Origin: a virus
Taxonomy: Duplodnaviria > Caudoviricetes
IMG/VR virus record: IMGVR_UViG_3300032332_001372
Location: 1 to 62,269 of that record
Length of the DNA: 62,269 nucleotides
Direction: 5' to 3' (one strand)
This document shows positions 45,508-55,520 of this stretch, piece after piece. The position numbers and the translations under genes are program-made. How positions within the stretch are numbered: position 1 is the first letter of the stretch; every line of letters begins with the position of its first letter. The notes beneath the pieces were generated by a model. It worked only from the letters and a program-made list of their open reading frames with translations, was not told the DNA's origin and did no database searches.

Positions 45508-46214
45508 GCATCAGGTGGATTACAAAAGTTTGGTCGGACAGTCCCTATAACGGAACCCGATTATTAATCCACCTGGCGCTTGCAGATATTTCGCACGATG
45601 ATGGTCGGTTTTTTGCCAGCCAAAAAAACTTGTCTGAAAAGGGAAGATGCACAGTTGAATATGTTCGCAAAGTAATCAACGAAATGGTTGCCGATGGACA
45701 TTTGAGAATTGTGACCAAAGGTAACTCTCGGGGTAATGCCACGGTTTATCAATTATTGAATAAAAAGGTCCCCAACACAATTGGGGAGTCTTTGCCAATA
45801 ATGGATGACGAACTCCCCAACTTAGATACCCCCATCTCCCCAACTTTAGAGGTCCAACTCCCCAACGCCACTCCGCACCATCCGTCCTATACATCCGTCC
45901 TATCTACAACAGGCGAAACTGCTCCCGCAGTTTACGCCCCTGGAGAATTAGCGGCTAGAACTTGGTGGGAAAGACTGGCAACAAAACCGATAGGCAAAGG
46001 TGCATGGCACTCATTGCTTGAGGTTTGTAAGGCAGCAGAAAAACAGGGATATACCTCGGAGCAAATCGTAAACGCTTTGAATTATGTGGGAACAGTTCCT
46101 AGTATGCGTCAAATGGATTTAGTCCTAAGAGGGAGGGGGGTAAAAACTGCACATGAAAAATCTGCCGAGCGAGCAATCGACCTCGCACAAAAACTCAGGG
46201 ATGAACCTATCTGA
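45504..46214 (+). CDS. Replication initiator (N-terminal HTH, internal iterons)
   Basis: LIHLALAD...FASQKNL...; repeats in the middle of the gene. Confidence 0.75.
   Translation: MSIRWITKVWSDSPYNGTRLLIHLALADISHDDGRFFASQKNLSEKGRCTVEYVRKVINEMVADGHLRIVTKGNSRGNATVYQLLNKKVPNTIGESLPIMDDELPNLDTPISPTLEVQLPNATPHHPSYTSVLSTTGETAPAVYAPGELAARTWWERLATKPIGKGAWHSLLEVCKAAEKQGYTSEQIVNALNYVGTVPSMRQMDLVLRGRGVKTAHEKSAERAIDLAQKLRDEPI
45745..45903. repeat. Putative replication origin: AT-rich tract, TCCCCAAC iterons, CATCCGTCCTAT tandem
   Basis: TCCCCAAC at 45769, 45814, 45837, 45859; inverted TTGGGGA at 45781; 12-mer at 45879 and 45892. Confidence 0.7.
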
Positions 46215-46590
46215 CATTGCAATGCTACTTGGATTTATTGGAATTTATGACCTTCGAGTTCAAGTTGATGAATTAAAAGTTCGAGCGTGGGCAGAATCCC
46301 TTGACAAAGATATTCCGCTAGACGAAGCAAAAAAAATTGTTTCAGCACATTATGCAAATTCAGATGTTGCAATAAATCCAAGCCACATTAATAGAGGGTG
46401 GAGAGTTCGGTTGCTTGCGGAAAAAGAGCGTCGGCGCTCCGAAGCGGTAAGTAAAGAATTACAAAGAATAAAAGATGAAGCCGCACCACGGGAAGTAGCA
46501 GAAAAATATTTGAACGAAATTCGTTCTATTTTGAATAGGGGCAAAAGTGAAATGGAAACTAATTCAGGAGAGGTGGCATCTGACACATGA
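46201..46590 (+). CDS. Helicase loader/inhibitor-like replication protein
   Basis: YDLR..VRAWAESL...AKKIVSAHY; follows initiator. Confidence 0.6.
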   Translation: MNLSDIAMLLGFIGIYDLRVQVDELKVRAWAESLDKDIPLDEAKKIVSAHYANSDVAINPSHINRGWRVRLLAEKERRRSEAVSKELQRIKDEAAPREVAEKYLNEIRSILNRGKSEMETNSGEVASDT

Positions 46591-46708
46591 TGATATTCCG
46601 ATTTGCCAAATGGCTTTTATCTTGGCGGAGCAGACGACGGAAAAAATATGCTCTGCTTGCCTGGACTCCCTCGCGGATGGATTAATTGGGTGGCAAAATA
46701 TAAATTAA
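46547..46708 (+). CDS. Small Cys-containing hypothetical protein (53 aa)
   Basis: Read manually; fills gap between loader and HNH genes. Confidence 0.4.
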   Translation: MKWKLIQERWHLTHDDIPICQMAFILAEQTTEKICSACLDSLADGLIGWQNIN

Positions 46709-47070
46709 AAGTTGAAGATGAAGTTCGTTTTATTGTTTTAGCCCGCGCCGCTTACAAATGTGAAAGATGCGGAGGGGGAGCAACCGCTTTTGGATTTTCA
46801 GTTCATCATCGGTTACCTCGCGGAATGGGAGGCAGTAAAAATGCAAATCTTCATAAGCCAGCAAATTTAATAACGCTATGTGGTTCTGGAGTTGATGGAT
46901 GTCATGGCTGGGTTGAATCAAATCGAGAAGAGGCAAGAACCCTTGGTTATTTGCTTTACCGAATTGATAATGCTTCAGAGGTGCCATTCACGGATACTTC
47001 AGGAATTGCGTGGCTAATTGACAATATAGGACAAAAAACACGATTCGACACAAAATGGACAAGCATTTAA
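46690..47070 (+). CDS. HNH endonuclease
   Basis: CERCG, HHRLPRGMGG, NLITLCG...CHGWVE. Confidence 0.85.
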   Translation: MAKYKLKVEDEVRFIVLARAAYKCERCGGGATAFGFSVHHRLPRGMGGSKNANLHKPANLITLCGSGVDGCHGWVESNREEARTLGYLLYRIDNASEVPFTDTSGIAWLIDNIGQKTRFDTKWTSI

Positions 47071-47080
47071 TGTTTACGCC

Positions 47081-47482
47081 ATGGAATGTATATGCGGCTG
47101 GGAAGATGAAGAGCAACTGGTCTATCGACTGGAACTGGCTCAAAGACCATGGACGACAAACGGGGAACGGGCGGGAAACCGCTGGGAAAGGGCAGAGAAG
47201 GTCAAACTGTGGAGAACCGCATTTGAAATTCTTGCTAAATCCGAAAAAATCCCTGTTATGTCCTGGATGAGCGTGACAGTTGAACCTCATCAAAAAGGCG
47301 GACGCCTTCAAGATGTAGGAGCGTGTAACCCAGCAGTAAAAGCGGCAATTGATGGAATCGTAGACGCAGGAGTTTTACCCGATGATGGTCCCGCATACAT
47401 GAAATCGTTAATTTTTTTACCGCCACAAAACGACAGAAATTCATTAGTGCTTTACATACGAGGAGCGAGGAAATATCTATGA
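47081..47482 (+). CDS. RusA-like Holliday junction resolvase
   Basis: DVGAC.P.VKAAIDGIVDAGVLPDD. Confidence 0.8.
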   Translation: MECICGWEDEEQLVYRLELAQRPWTTNGERAGNRWERAEKVKLWRTAFEILAKSEKIPVMSWMSVTVEPHQKGGRLQDVGACNPAVKAAIDGIVDAGVLPDDGPAYMKSLIFLPPQNDRNSLVLYIRGARKYL

Positions 47483-47682
47483 ACTGGCATTTATTGCTAA
47501 ATATTGTTGGGGTTGTAATTAGCCTTTTTCTATTAACCCCCTTTATAATCATCCCACTACTTGTTTATCACAAGGCACGGTTTAAAAATGAGTTGGAGTT
47601 GATTGCTGAATATCACCCGCACATGGAACAAGAAGATTTAGATGAAGCCTTTATGAGAACCTTTGGAGGAGAAAGAGAATGA
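47479..47682 (+). CDS. Small membrane protein
   Basis: N-terminal TM. Confidence 0.65.
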   Translation: MNWHLLLNIVGVVISLFLLTPFIIIPLLVYHKARFKNELELIAEYHPHMEQEDLDEAFMRTFGGERE

Positions 47683-47975
47683 CAACGATGGAAGCAAATC
47701 AACTAGACGGCAAAGGTCTTGAAGAAGTAAAGATTATGACGGCGGCTATTCGTGAACACCAGAGTTCAATTCACGATTTAGGTAAGCGCCGCAAGCAATT
47801 AATTCTTAGATTGCGCAAACAGCGTATTACTTACCGCGAGATTGCTACAGCCATGGGCGTATCCGAGCAATTGATTTACAAAATTATCCGTGACGATATT
47901 GACCGCACTCCGCAATATGACGCAGAGGGCAAAATAATTCGACACAGAGGGCGACCACCAAAGCCTGCTCAATAA
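47679..47975 (+). CDS. HTH regulator with C-terminal AT-hook-like RGRP
   Basis: ITYREIATAMGVSEQLIYKII; RHRGRPPK. Confidence 0.75.
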   Translation: MTTMEANQLDGKGLEEVKIMTAAIREHQSSIHDLGKRRKQLILRLRKQRITYREIATAMGVSEQLIYKIIRDDIDRTPQYDAEGKIIRHRGRPPKPAQ

Positions 47976-49165
47976 TGAAAGCAAATATAAAAGTTGCTGG
48001 AGTTGAATCGGTTGCTATCGGCAGCCTAACTTCATATCCAACCAATCCTCGACGGGGCGATATTGATGCTATTGCATCCTCTCTCGCTGCTCATGGTCAG
48101 TATCGCCCCATCGTAGTTCAAGCAAGCACAAATTTTGTATTGGCTGGTAATCACACTCTCAAGGCTGCTAAAAAACTTGGGTGGAAGAAAATTAAGATTA
48201 CGCGGGTAGATGTATCCGAGGAGCAAGCCCGAAAGATTGTTCTTGCAGATAACCGAATGACAGACTTGGCAGGTTATAACGAACCGCTATTGAAATCTTT
48301 ACTTAACGCTTTACCTGAACTTGATGGCACAGGTTTTACTGCATCCGAGGTTGAAACGCTAGACCGATTGCTTTCAGGTGACCAGAAAGAAAACATAGGA
48401 AACACTAAGTCTTTGCTTAATGACCCTGAAGTAAAGATTGCCGCTTGGAGATTTACGATTGACTCTGAGGCTTACGAAGCCTGGTCCGAACAACTGTTCG
48501 AAGAGTTTGGCAAAACTAAGTCAAAAGCCATTAAAGGAATTAAAGAGCGACTTGGCTTCCCTGAAAGAATTTCCGAAGCCCCTGAGAAGGTCATAGAGCG
48601 CTCAGAGAGCGAACCCGAAGATGTCCAGACCGTATCAGTCAAAGAGATTCAGACGCACCCGTTAAATCCCCGCGAGGGCGATATTGGGCAGATTATTGAG
48701 AGCCTTTCAACCATGGGTCAATACCGACCAATTGTGGTTAATAAGCGAACAAATCATTGCCTAGCAGGAAATCACACGCTGACAGCGGCAGTTCAATTAG
48801 GCTGGGAAAAGGTCGCAGTTCATTGGGTGGATGTAGATGATATTGAAGAGATAAAGATTCTGATTGTAGATAACCGAACCTCAGACCTGGCAACTTATGA
48901 TTCAGCCGAACTTCATAAATTGCTAACCAGCACAGGGCTAACGGGAACTGGATTTAGCGCTGAAGAGGTAAGCGAGATTTTGGCTGGGGGAAAGACAAAG
49001 CCTGGTCATAATCCAATTGGTCGGACCAATATCAAGGTGGGTAAATTCAATATGCGAGTTCACACCGAGGATGTCAATACCTGGGCTAACACAATTTATG
49101 GCTGGAAAGATGTGGCTGAGTTATTATTAATCCCCGTTGAATCCTGTGAGGTAGAGGAAAGTTAA
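47975..49165 (+). CDS. Protein with two tandem ParB/Srx N-terminal domains
   Basis: NPR.GD...GQYRPIVV...LAGNHTL.AA..LGW...DNR occurs twice. Confidence 0.85.
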   Translation: MKANIKVAGVESVAIGSLTSYPTNPRRGDIDAIASSLAAHGQYRPIVVQASTNFVLAGNHTLKAAKKLGWKKIKITRVDVSEEQARKIVLADNRMTDLAGYNEPLLKSLLNALPELDGTGFTASEVETLDRLLSGDQKENIGNTKSLLNDPEVKIAAWRFTIDSEAYEAWSEQLFEEFGKTKSKAIKGIKERLGFPERISEAPEKVIERSESEPEDVQTVSVKEIQTHPLNPREGDIGQIIESLSTMGQYRPIVVNKRTNHCLAGNHTLTAAVQLGWEKVAVHWVDVDDIEEIKILIVDNRTSDLATYDSAELHKLLTSTGLTGTGFSAEEVSEILAGGKTKPGHNPIGRTNIKVGKFNMRVHTEDVNTWANTIYGWKDVAELLLIPVESCEVEES

Positions 49166-49303
49166 ATGAAACTATTTGGATTTGAGATAACTAAATTAGA
49201 TAACAAGGCTGAAACAAAAACTGTTACTTGTTACCATTGCGCTAAAGAATTTAAAACTGGAATTAATAACATACGAGCCTATAACTATTGCCCGAGTTGC
49301 TGA
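49165..49303 (+). CDS. Small zinc-ribbon protein
   Basis: Read manually: CYHC...YCPSC. Confidence 0.5.
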
Positions 49304-49465
49304 AAGAGTAGAATAAACCCATGGAGAAAAGATTAGGCAAGTATTGGGTTTCATATGGGCGGCTATGTGGATTCTCATTGGGGTTTAATATTTCTAAATA
49401 TAGCGCTGGTATTGATTTAGGTTTTTGGTATGTGGGAATTGAATTTTAATGAGGGGAATTAATCA

Positions 49466-49987
49466 ATGGAGGAAAAGAAAGTGACAACCGCGCTCGCTAA
49501 AAAAACAGCGAAGAAACAGGTTGCTCCAGGTCGCCCTTCCCCAATTATGGATGAAACAACCGAGAAGGAATTGCTGGAATATATTAAATTTGGAACTCCA
49601 GTTAATCGAGCAGTAGCCGCTGTTGGTATAGCCGAGAGAACTTTTTACCATTGGATGACCCGCGGAATGAATGAACGCGAGCGCCTTGCAACCGTGTCTA
49701 ACGCTAAACCTAATCCAACCGAGGGTGTTTATTTGCAATTTTTGCAGTCCGTCGAGCGGGCAAGAGGCGAAGCCATTACAAAAAAGGTTGCTGTTATTGC
49801 GAAGGCTGGTAACGAGGGAGATTGGAGAGCAGCCGCTTGGTATTTAGAGCGCCAGGCTCCAGAGGAATTTGGAAAAACCGATAGAGTCGAACATACTGGT
49901 AGCAATGGTGAAGCAATTAAACTCCAGATTGAAATGGGCGATTTAGAAGATAAGATTGCCAAAGTCCTAGCAGCGCGAAAAAGGTAA
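49466..49987 (+). CDS. Terminase small subunit
   Basis: GRPS, HTH, DWRAAAWYLER, EHTG; precedes large subunit. Confidence 0.8.
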   Translation: MEEKKVTTALAKKTAKKQVAPGRPSPIMDETTEKELLEYIKFGTPVNRAVAAVGIAERTFYHWMTRGMNERERLATVSNAKPNPTEGVYLQFLQSVERARGEAITKKVAVIAKAGNEGDWRAAAWYLERQAPEEFGKTDRVEHTGSNGEAIKLQIEMGDLEDKIAKVLAARKR

Positions 49988-49989
49988 AC

Positions 49990-51588
49990 ATGAGTGAACG
50001 GCTTGTAGACAGAGTTCTCAATGCCACGCCTGAACAAAGAGCAGAAATCTATTTCTCATTAACCGAGGATGAAAAATACGCACTTGGCGCAATCCTGGAT
50101 GCAGAGATTGAAAACCGATGGGCTAGATGGGAAACCGACCCGATTGGATTTATTGAAGATGGATTAGGGGAAACTCTCTGGTCCAAACAAAGAGAGATTT
50201 TACAATCCCTGGTAGATAACAAAAGAACAACGGTTCCCGCTTGCCACGCTCCAGGTAAATCTCACTTAGCGGCTAGAGCCGTTGCATGGTGGATGTCAGT
50301 TCATCCTCCTGGCACGGCTATTGCTATCACTACCGCATCGACTTTTAAACAGGTTCGAAATATTATGTGGGCGCAAATTCGTAAAGTTCATATTGCCCAT
50401 GATTTACCAGGCGAGATTTTGACAACCGAATGGAAAATTGGCGGCACCACAATGGGCTATGGATTTCGCCCTGCCGATAACAATGAAGCCGCGGTTCAGG
50501 GTATTCACGCACCGCATTTATTAATCGTAGTTGATGAAGCGGGTGGTATTTCAGACAAAATTGGCTCAGCCCTTGAAGCGCTTATGACGGGTGGACATAC
50601 ACGACTCTTAGTATTGGGTAACCCACCGACAGACCAAGAACAAACTTGGTTTGAAAGAATTTGTCAGTCACCGATTTATAACACAATTGCAATTGGCGCT
50701 CACGATACGCCCAACTTCACAGGTGAACAAACAGGGATGTGTAAAAGTTGCCCTACCCATGTCGAAGAACATGAGGTTTCTACGCACCTTGTTGATGAAA
50801 CCTGGGTCCAGGATGTAGTTAGCGAATTTGGCGAAGATTCACCATTCGTTGAAGCCCGTGTGTTCGCTAGGTTTCCACAATCGGGAACAGGAAAAGTTAT
50901 TCCGTTTACCTGGGCAGAGATGGCAACTAACAATGATGAGCCGCTTGATTCTAATTTAATTCGCCTGGGAGTAGATATTGCATCCGATGGCGGAGATGAA
51001 TTTGTTATTGCGCTCGCAGATGGATACAAGGTAAAGATAGTTCACAGAAGTTCAGGCAAAGTTAATGCAAACGCCGTAGATGTGGCTGGAGTAATTCTTG
51101 AGCATATTAACGCAGCCGTAGCAATGCACGAAGAGCGCGGGATTAGAGATAAAGTCAGAATTAAGATAGATACGATTGGTGTGGGCTGGGGAGTTGTATC
51201 TTTACTTAAAACATGGCAGAGCGAACAAAGACACCAAGGCGAGATTATTGCAGTCAATGTGTCCGAGCGACCTAAAGACCAAACTAAATTTAAAAATCAA
51301 AGAGCCGAGATGTGGTGGAACGCTCGAACCTTATTGCAGCCTAAAGATGGGAAGCAAGATTTGTGCCTAGATGTAGACCGTCAGGTATTAGCCCAGTTAG
51401 CGGGTCCAGGTTATAAGTCCGATTCTTCGGGTCGTATCCAGATTGAGGCTAAGGCAGATATGAAGAAACGCGGAGTTCATTCACCTGACCGTGCTGAAGC
51501 AATTCTTCTTGCTTTATACGAAAATAAAAATGTGGTTAATTTTGAAATGCCACTTTCATTTGGTCAAACAAACGATTGGGCGCTTTAG
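49990..51588 (+). CDS. terL: Terminase large subunit
   Basis: HAPGKS Walker A, VVDEA Walker B, GNP, LGVDIA, SPDRAEA. Confidence 0.95.
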   Translation: MSERLVDRVLNATPEQRAEIYFSLTEDEKYALGAILDAEIENRWARWETDPIGFIEDGLGETLWSKQREILQSLVDNKRTTVPACHAPGKSHLAARAVAWWMSVHPPGTAIAITTASTFKQVRNIMWAQIRKVHIAHDLPGEILTTEWKIGGTTMGYGFRPADNNEAAVQGIHAPHLLIVVDEAGGISDKIGSALEALMTGGHTRLLVLGNPPTDQEQTWFERICQSPIYNTIAIGAHDTPNFTGEQTGMCKSCPTHVEEHEVSTHLVDETWVQDVVSEFGEDSPFVEARVFARFPQSGTGKVIPFTWAEMATNNDEPLDSNLIRLGVDIASDGGDEFVIALADGYKVKIVHRSSGKVNANAVDVAGVILEHINAAVAMHEERGIRDKVRIKIDTIGVGWGVVSLLKTWQSEQRHQGEIIAVNVSERPKDQTKFKNQRAEMWWNARTLLQPKDGKQDLCLDVDRQVLAQLAGPGYKSDSSGRIQIEAKADMKKRGVHSPDRAEAILLALYENKNVVNFEMPLSFGQTNDWAL

Positions 51589-52322
51589 CGAAAGCGTTTT
51601 TTAGACCATATGTTTTTGACATAATTATGCAAAATGTTTTTACCAAGATTAAGATTATCCATAATCTCGTATTCCCCCTCTTTCATCATTTCATATTCAG
51701 CCCGCCAATCATCGCGCTTAAACGGAATTATTTGAATCATGGGGGTGCCAGCCTTAATGATTTCATCAATTCCAGTTCTGACCCACACAGGGGAAGCAAT
51801 TTCTGTTTCTAATTTGTCTGTATCGGCAATTCCAGTAACAGCATGAAAAGCCTCATTTTTATATCCAAAGGGTTGAGTAATCAATACAGAATAACCAGGG
51901 GGTGTGACAATTCTCCACCAACTTGAAAACTTAAAGGCTTGCCAATGAAAACCATCGGGAGTTTCAAGTCCCCTAGTATCTCCGTGAATAGCAAATACTG
52001 GTCGGCTAGTTCTCCAAGTAATACGAGGAAGATAACCAACTTTGTCATATTCAACATCGGATTTAACTTGAACATCTGCCCATAACGGCATTATGTATCC
52101 AGCATTAAAGGCATCTAACATCGGAACACATTTTTTTGGAGAAGCGTTTGAAACATAATCTTCAAGATTAAATTTATTGCCGTCAGGGTTATTTTCGTTT
52201 TGATGAAAAGGAGTCATTTTGCGCCACCAGTCAGGCAATGCTTGAACCGCTGGGAAAGGGCGATTAACAACTTCCCATGTAAAAGGGTCTTTTGCCACAA
52301 ACTTGATTAATTTTTCAGCCAT
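51585..52322 (-). CDS. Hypothetical protein, dUTPase-like family paralog
   Basis: KKCVPMLDA, GIADTD, AGTPMIQIIPFKR. Confidence 0.75.
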   Translation of the reverse strand: MAEKLIKFVAKDPFTWEVVNRPFPAVQALPDWWRKMTPFHQNENNPDGNKFNLEDYVSNASPKKCVPMLDAFNAGYIMPLWADVQVKSDVEYDKVGYLPRITWRTSRPVFAIHGDTRGLETPDGFHWQAFKFSSWWRIVTPPGYSVLITQPFGYKNEAFHAVTGIADTDKLETEIASPVWVRTGIDEIIKAGTPMIQIIPFKRDDWRAEYEMMKEGEYEIMDNLNLGKNILHNYVKNIWSKKRFR

Positions 52323-52346
52323 TTTTCTTTCCTTTATAAATTAAAA

Positions 52347-53075
52347 CTACGAATAATCCTTTTTTGACCATATCTTTTTTAAATAATGGTTGATAAGAGT
52401 GCCATTAAAATTCTTATCTTCAAGTGCAGAGTATTCCCCATTTTTTAAATAAGTAAATTTAGATTCCCAATCGGACCTTTTAAAAGGCGTTATTTGAACC
52501 ATAGGAGTTCCTTTTTCAACAACGCCTTCAAACCCATCTTGAACCCACATAGGAAACAAAATTTCCAGATTAGATTTATCGGTATCAATAATTGCTGGTA
52601 TAGCCTGAAATCCAGTTTGGCGAAACCCAAATGGAGGAGTTACTAATACGGAATATCCTGGAGGGGTAATAATTTGCCACTTATTTAAATATTTATAAAC
52701 TACACGGTTATAACCAATTGGATTTTGAACCTCAACTGCATTATTTCCATGCGGTAAGAAAACATCCATATGGGTCCGCCAATTTATAATAGGACTTCCA
52801 TTTTTATATTCAACTTGAACATCTGCCCATAAAGGAATTAAATAACCCGATAAAAGAGCGTCAAGCATAGGAACACATTTTTTGGCATGGGCGCTGCTAA
52901 CCCGATTACGCATAAGCATTTTATTACCATCTGGATTTTCTTGCGATTTAATGTAAGGGGTCATCTTTTTCCACCAGTCAGGAACATTTTGCTTGGCTGG
53001 AAATGGACGCTCGCAGACTTCCCAAGAATATTCATCAACAGCCCTAAATTCAATGATTGGCTTTTTACTAAACAT
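52347..53075 (-). CDS. Hypothetical protein, dUTPase-like family paralog
   Basis: KKCVPMLDA, AIIDTD, KGTPMVQITPFKR. Confidence 0.75.
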   Translation of the reverse strand: MFSKKPIIEFRAVDEYSWEVCERPFPAKQNVPDWWKKMTPYIKSQENPDGNKMLMRNRVSSAHAKKCVPMLDALLSGYLIPLWADVQVEYKNGSPIINWRTHMDVFLPHGNNAVEVQNPIGYNRVVYKYLNKWQIITPPGYSVLVTPPFGFRQTGFQAIPAIIDTDKSNLEILFPMWVQDGFEGVVEKGTPMVQITPFKRSDWESKFTYLKNGEYSALEDKNFNGTLINHYLKKIWSKKDYS

Positions 53076-53445
53076 CTGAAGGGTTTTCTACATCTTCAAC
53101 TTTTCTTAGACGGAGTTCATCCAGGGCATTAAATCCACATTCGCAAATAATGGTTGTAATCTTGTCCAGCCCAGAATCGGCTGGAGCATCAACTGAGGTA
53201 ATTGTCGCAGTTGCGTGGTTATGGGCGGTATCTCCGAAATTATTAACTACGGTTCGTGATTCTTGAGTAGCGCCAATAGGCTTAAAATCATCTTTCCACC
53301 AAATTACTTTGTAACCCCCGTAGGTAGTTGCATAAGACATTGATTGAGGTTGAATTTTTTGAAGATGTTTATAAACCTCTTCTTCATCCACATGGCGAAA
53401 AACTTCTTTTTCTTCGCTTAACAAAATATAAGTTGTTTCTGCCAT
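53068..53445 (-). CDS. Hypothetical protein
   Basis: 125 aa coupled ORF. Confidence 0.65.
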   Translation of the reverse strand: MAETTYILLSEEKEVFRHVDEEEVYKHLQKIQPQSMSYATTYGGYKVIWWKDDFKPIGATQESRTVVNNFGDTAHNHATATITSVDAPADSGLDKITTIICECGFNALDELRLRKVEDVENPSDV

Positions 53446-53667
53446 TTATCTCTCACAATCATCGTCTGGACTACCGTGTTCTTTACAGTAGTAATAAGTT
53501 TTTCTTTCAGGATTTTTGCATTGAGGACAAGATTTCTCATCCTTATGCACAATCACCTGGGCATCCGTGTATTCGTGGTCGCAATGGTAACAATAAGCAA
53601 GACCTTCTGACCAGTTCGCCATCCAGCGCTTATGCCGTTCGCGCTGCAATTGTTCTAAGGCGCTCAT
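53446..53667 (-). CDS. Cys-rich small protein
   Basis: CYHC, CPQC. Confidence 0.65.
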   Translation of the reverse strand: MSALEQLQRERHKRWMANWSEGLAYCYHCDHEYTDAQVIVHKDEKSCPQCKNPERKTYYYCKEHGSPDDDCER

Positions 53668-54059
53668 TCAGGCAGGATTGATACAGGTTCAACCCCAAAG
53701 ACCTCTTCGTAAAGGAGCGAACCGCCTTCCCAATCGACCCAGTTGCCGTCAGATTTGATTTTGATGTCATCTCCAAACACAGCATCGGCATAAATCAGGA
53801 TTGCTGTTACTACCGCGTCATAAGGTTTGAACGCAGTTTTGCAAAAGTTAAATCCAACTTCATCTGTAGCAATTGAGAAATCTTCGTGAGCGCCTTCACC
53901 TATGCCATTAAAACTAATTGCGGCGCCTGCTGAGTTATCTTCAATTGCGATACCTGCTTCTTTTGCAGTTTCAATTACTTTGCGAGCGCCTACCAGAAAC
54001 TTATTCCATTGTTCCTGTTCAATGCCGCTTTCAAGTGTCCAGTAATGTGTGTATCCCAT
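53664..54059 (-). CDS. Phage hypothetical protein (MGYTHYW...FCKT..KPYD..V family)
   Basis: Recognisable recurrent phage motif; RBS. Confidence 0.8.
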   Translation of the reverse strand: MGYTHYWTLESGIEQEQWNKFLVGARKVIETAKEAGIAIEDNSAGAAISFNGIGEGAHEDFSIATDEVGFNFCKTAFKPYDAVVTAILIYADAVFGDDIKIKSDGNWVDWEGGSLLYEEVFGVEPVSILPE

Positions 54060-54218
54060 TTACTTATCCTCCTCGTATCCATCAAACCAAACGCCAGCCT
54101 CTCTAGTGCTTGGGTCCTTGCAATGTGCTTGAGCCTGGTCAAGAGTTAATCCTTTTTTGACCACCGCAGTATTGTTATGTGCTGCCCACATACGAACGAT
54201 TCTATATTTTTGCTCCAT

Positions 54219-54593
54219 TTATGCAACCGCCTTTTCTGCTAGATAAGCCTGGACTTTAGAACGCCATTCAAGAGCGTATTCGTTATCGGTTTCAGTTAAA
54301 AGGTTAAATACCTTGGCTGGGCAGTCGAAGTAATAAGGACCAGCGCCCTCAGTAATCGATTTAACCGCAATGCTGCCGTTGCGACGCTGAGTTAGGTAAA
54401 CAACCGCAAAAACCGCTCCGCTGTTGTTGTTCTTGCTTTTAAATGCTGCATAAAAAGGCTTTTGACCGTGTTCATTCTTGCCTTCGCCTAGTGCAAGCAA
54501 TTCATAGTTATCGCCAATTTCTTGTTTGATGTCCCATTCAAGAAATTTCTTGGTCGATATATTTTTTCCTACCTGAGTTACATCCCACCCCAT
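54219..54593 (-). CDS. DUF6927-like hypothetical protein
   Basis: MGW...K.ITEGAGPYYFDCP...YALEWR. Confidence 0.7.
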   Translation of the reverse strand: MGWDVTQVGKNISTKKFLEWDIKQEIGDNYELLALGEGKNEHGQKPFYAAFKSKNNNSGAVFAVVYLTQRRNGSIAVKSITEGAGPYYFDCPAKVFNLLTETDNEYALEWRSKVQAYLAEKAVA

Positions 54594-54911
54594 TATTGAA
54601 CCTCCCGTGATAAATTAGTTGAAAAACCCCACTCAAGTTTTCTTTCGTGTTCTTTGATGTGTCTATCTGACGCTTGGCAAGCCTTGTTGAAAATCAAGAA
54701 CTTACCGCGTTTGCCACAATCGCAAGTCCATCGAAAGTATTCAATTTCAAATGCAAGAGCCATTATTTACCCCCTCTGGTAAATACTCCACCGATTTCAC
54801 GGCGCTTGGTTTCTACTGACCAGCATTGACCACAGACCACAAAAAACTGATGCCCGTAGCCCTCTTCAAAGATATTGAATTGCTTTTGGCAATCATCGCA
54901 AGTTTTTATCA

Positions 54912-55079
54912 TTACGCAGCCTCCTTAACAATTTTGCCTACAAACTTAATTTCTTGGATGTAAGCCCTGTTGTAAGCCAAGTAATCTTCAATTTCGCCAA
55001 TCTTTTCAAACTCAACTTCCTGGACAGAAATCTCGCCCCTGCTCCATTGGTTTTCAATCTTGACAATTGCTTTTATCAT
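54912..55079 (-). CDS. Small early protein (MIKAIVKIENQW...)
   Basis: GAGAGGGG RBS, promoter with operator. Confidence 0.65.
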   Translation of the reverse strand: MIKAIVKIENQWSRGEISVQEVEFEKIGEIEDYLAYNRAYIQEIKFVGKIVKEAA

Positions 55080-55132
55080 TTCAATTCCCCTCTCTGAGAA
55101 CAATCTAATCATATCATACCCTGGTTAGTTAT

Positions 55133-55288
55133 TATGCAGTTTCCGCAACAAATATTGCTTGGATTCTGTATTTTCCGCCGACCCAGGCTGTCGCTGTTAT
55201 CGCGTAAGCCTCAGCCTCGCTTTTAGTCGCAAAATAATACTTTTCTTTTTGACCCTTGATTTCTACTTCATAGACTTTCTTAGCCATT
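55133..55288 (-). CDS. Small early protein (MAKKVYEVEIKG...)
   Basis: Read manually; TAATG overlap. Confidence 0.55.
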
Positions 55289-55413
55289 TACTTGCTCCCC
55301 TCTTGAGCAGCCGCGAATTCGGCTTCGAACGCTTTCACATAGCAGCCCTGGCAAACCTGACCAAAGCCTTCATACTGACCAAACTGGACGCCGCACATTA
55401 AGCACTTTTCCAT
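55288..55413 (-). CDS. 41 aa zinc-ribbon early protein
   Basis: Read manually: MEKCLMCG...VCQGC; RBS and TATAAT. Confidence 0.6.
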   Translation of the reverse strand: MEKCLMCGVQFGQYEGFGQVCQGCYVKAFEAEFAAAQEGSK

Positions 55414-55520
55414 TTCAGCCCCCTTTCCCTTACAAACTAATTATAACCTACCAGGGTTAATAATACAAATCTAAACATTCGTGTTGATTCGAACAAATGT
55501 TCGCCTGATACCCTTAGCCC

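Noticed and set aside
55159-55401. Plus-strand 80 aa ORF
   Set aside because: Antisense to two minus-strand small genes that have RBS and promoter support
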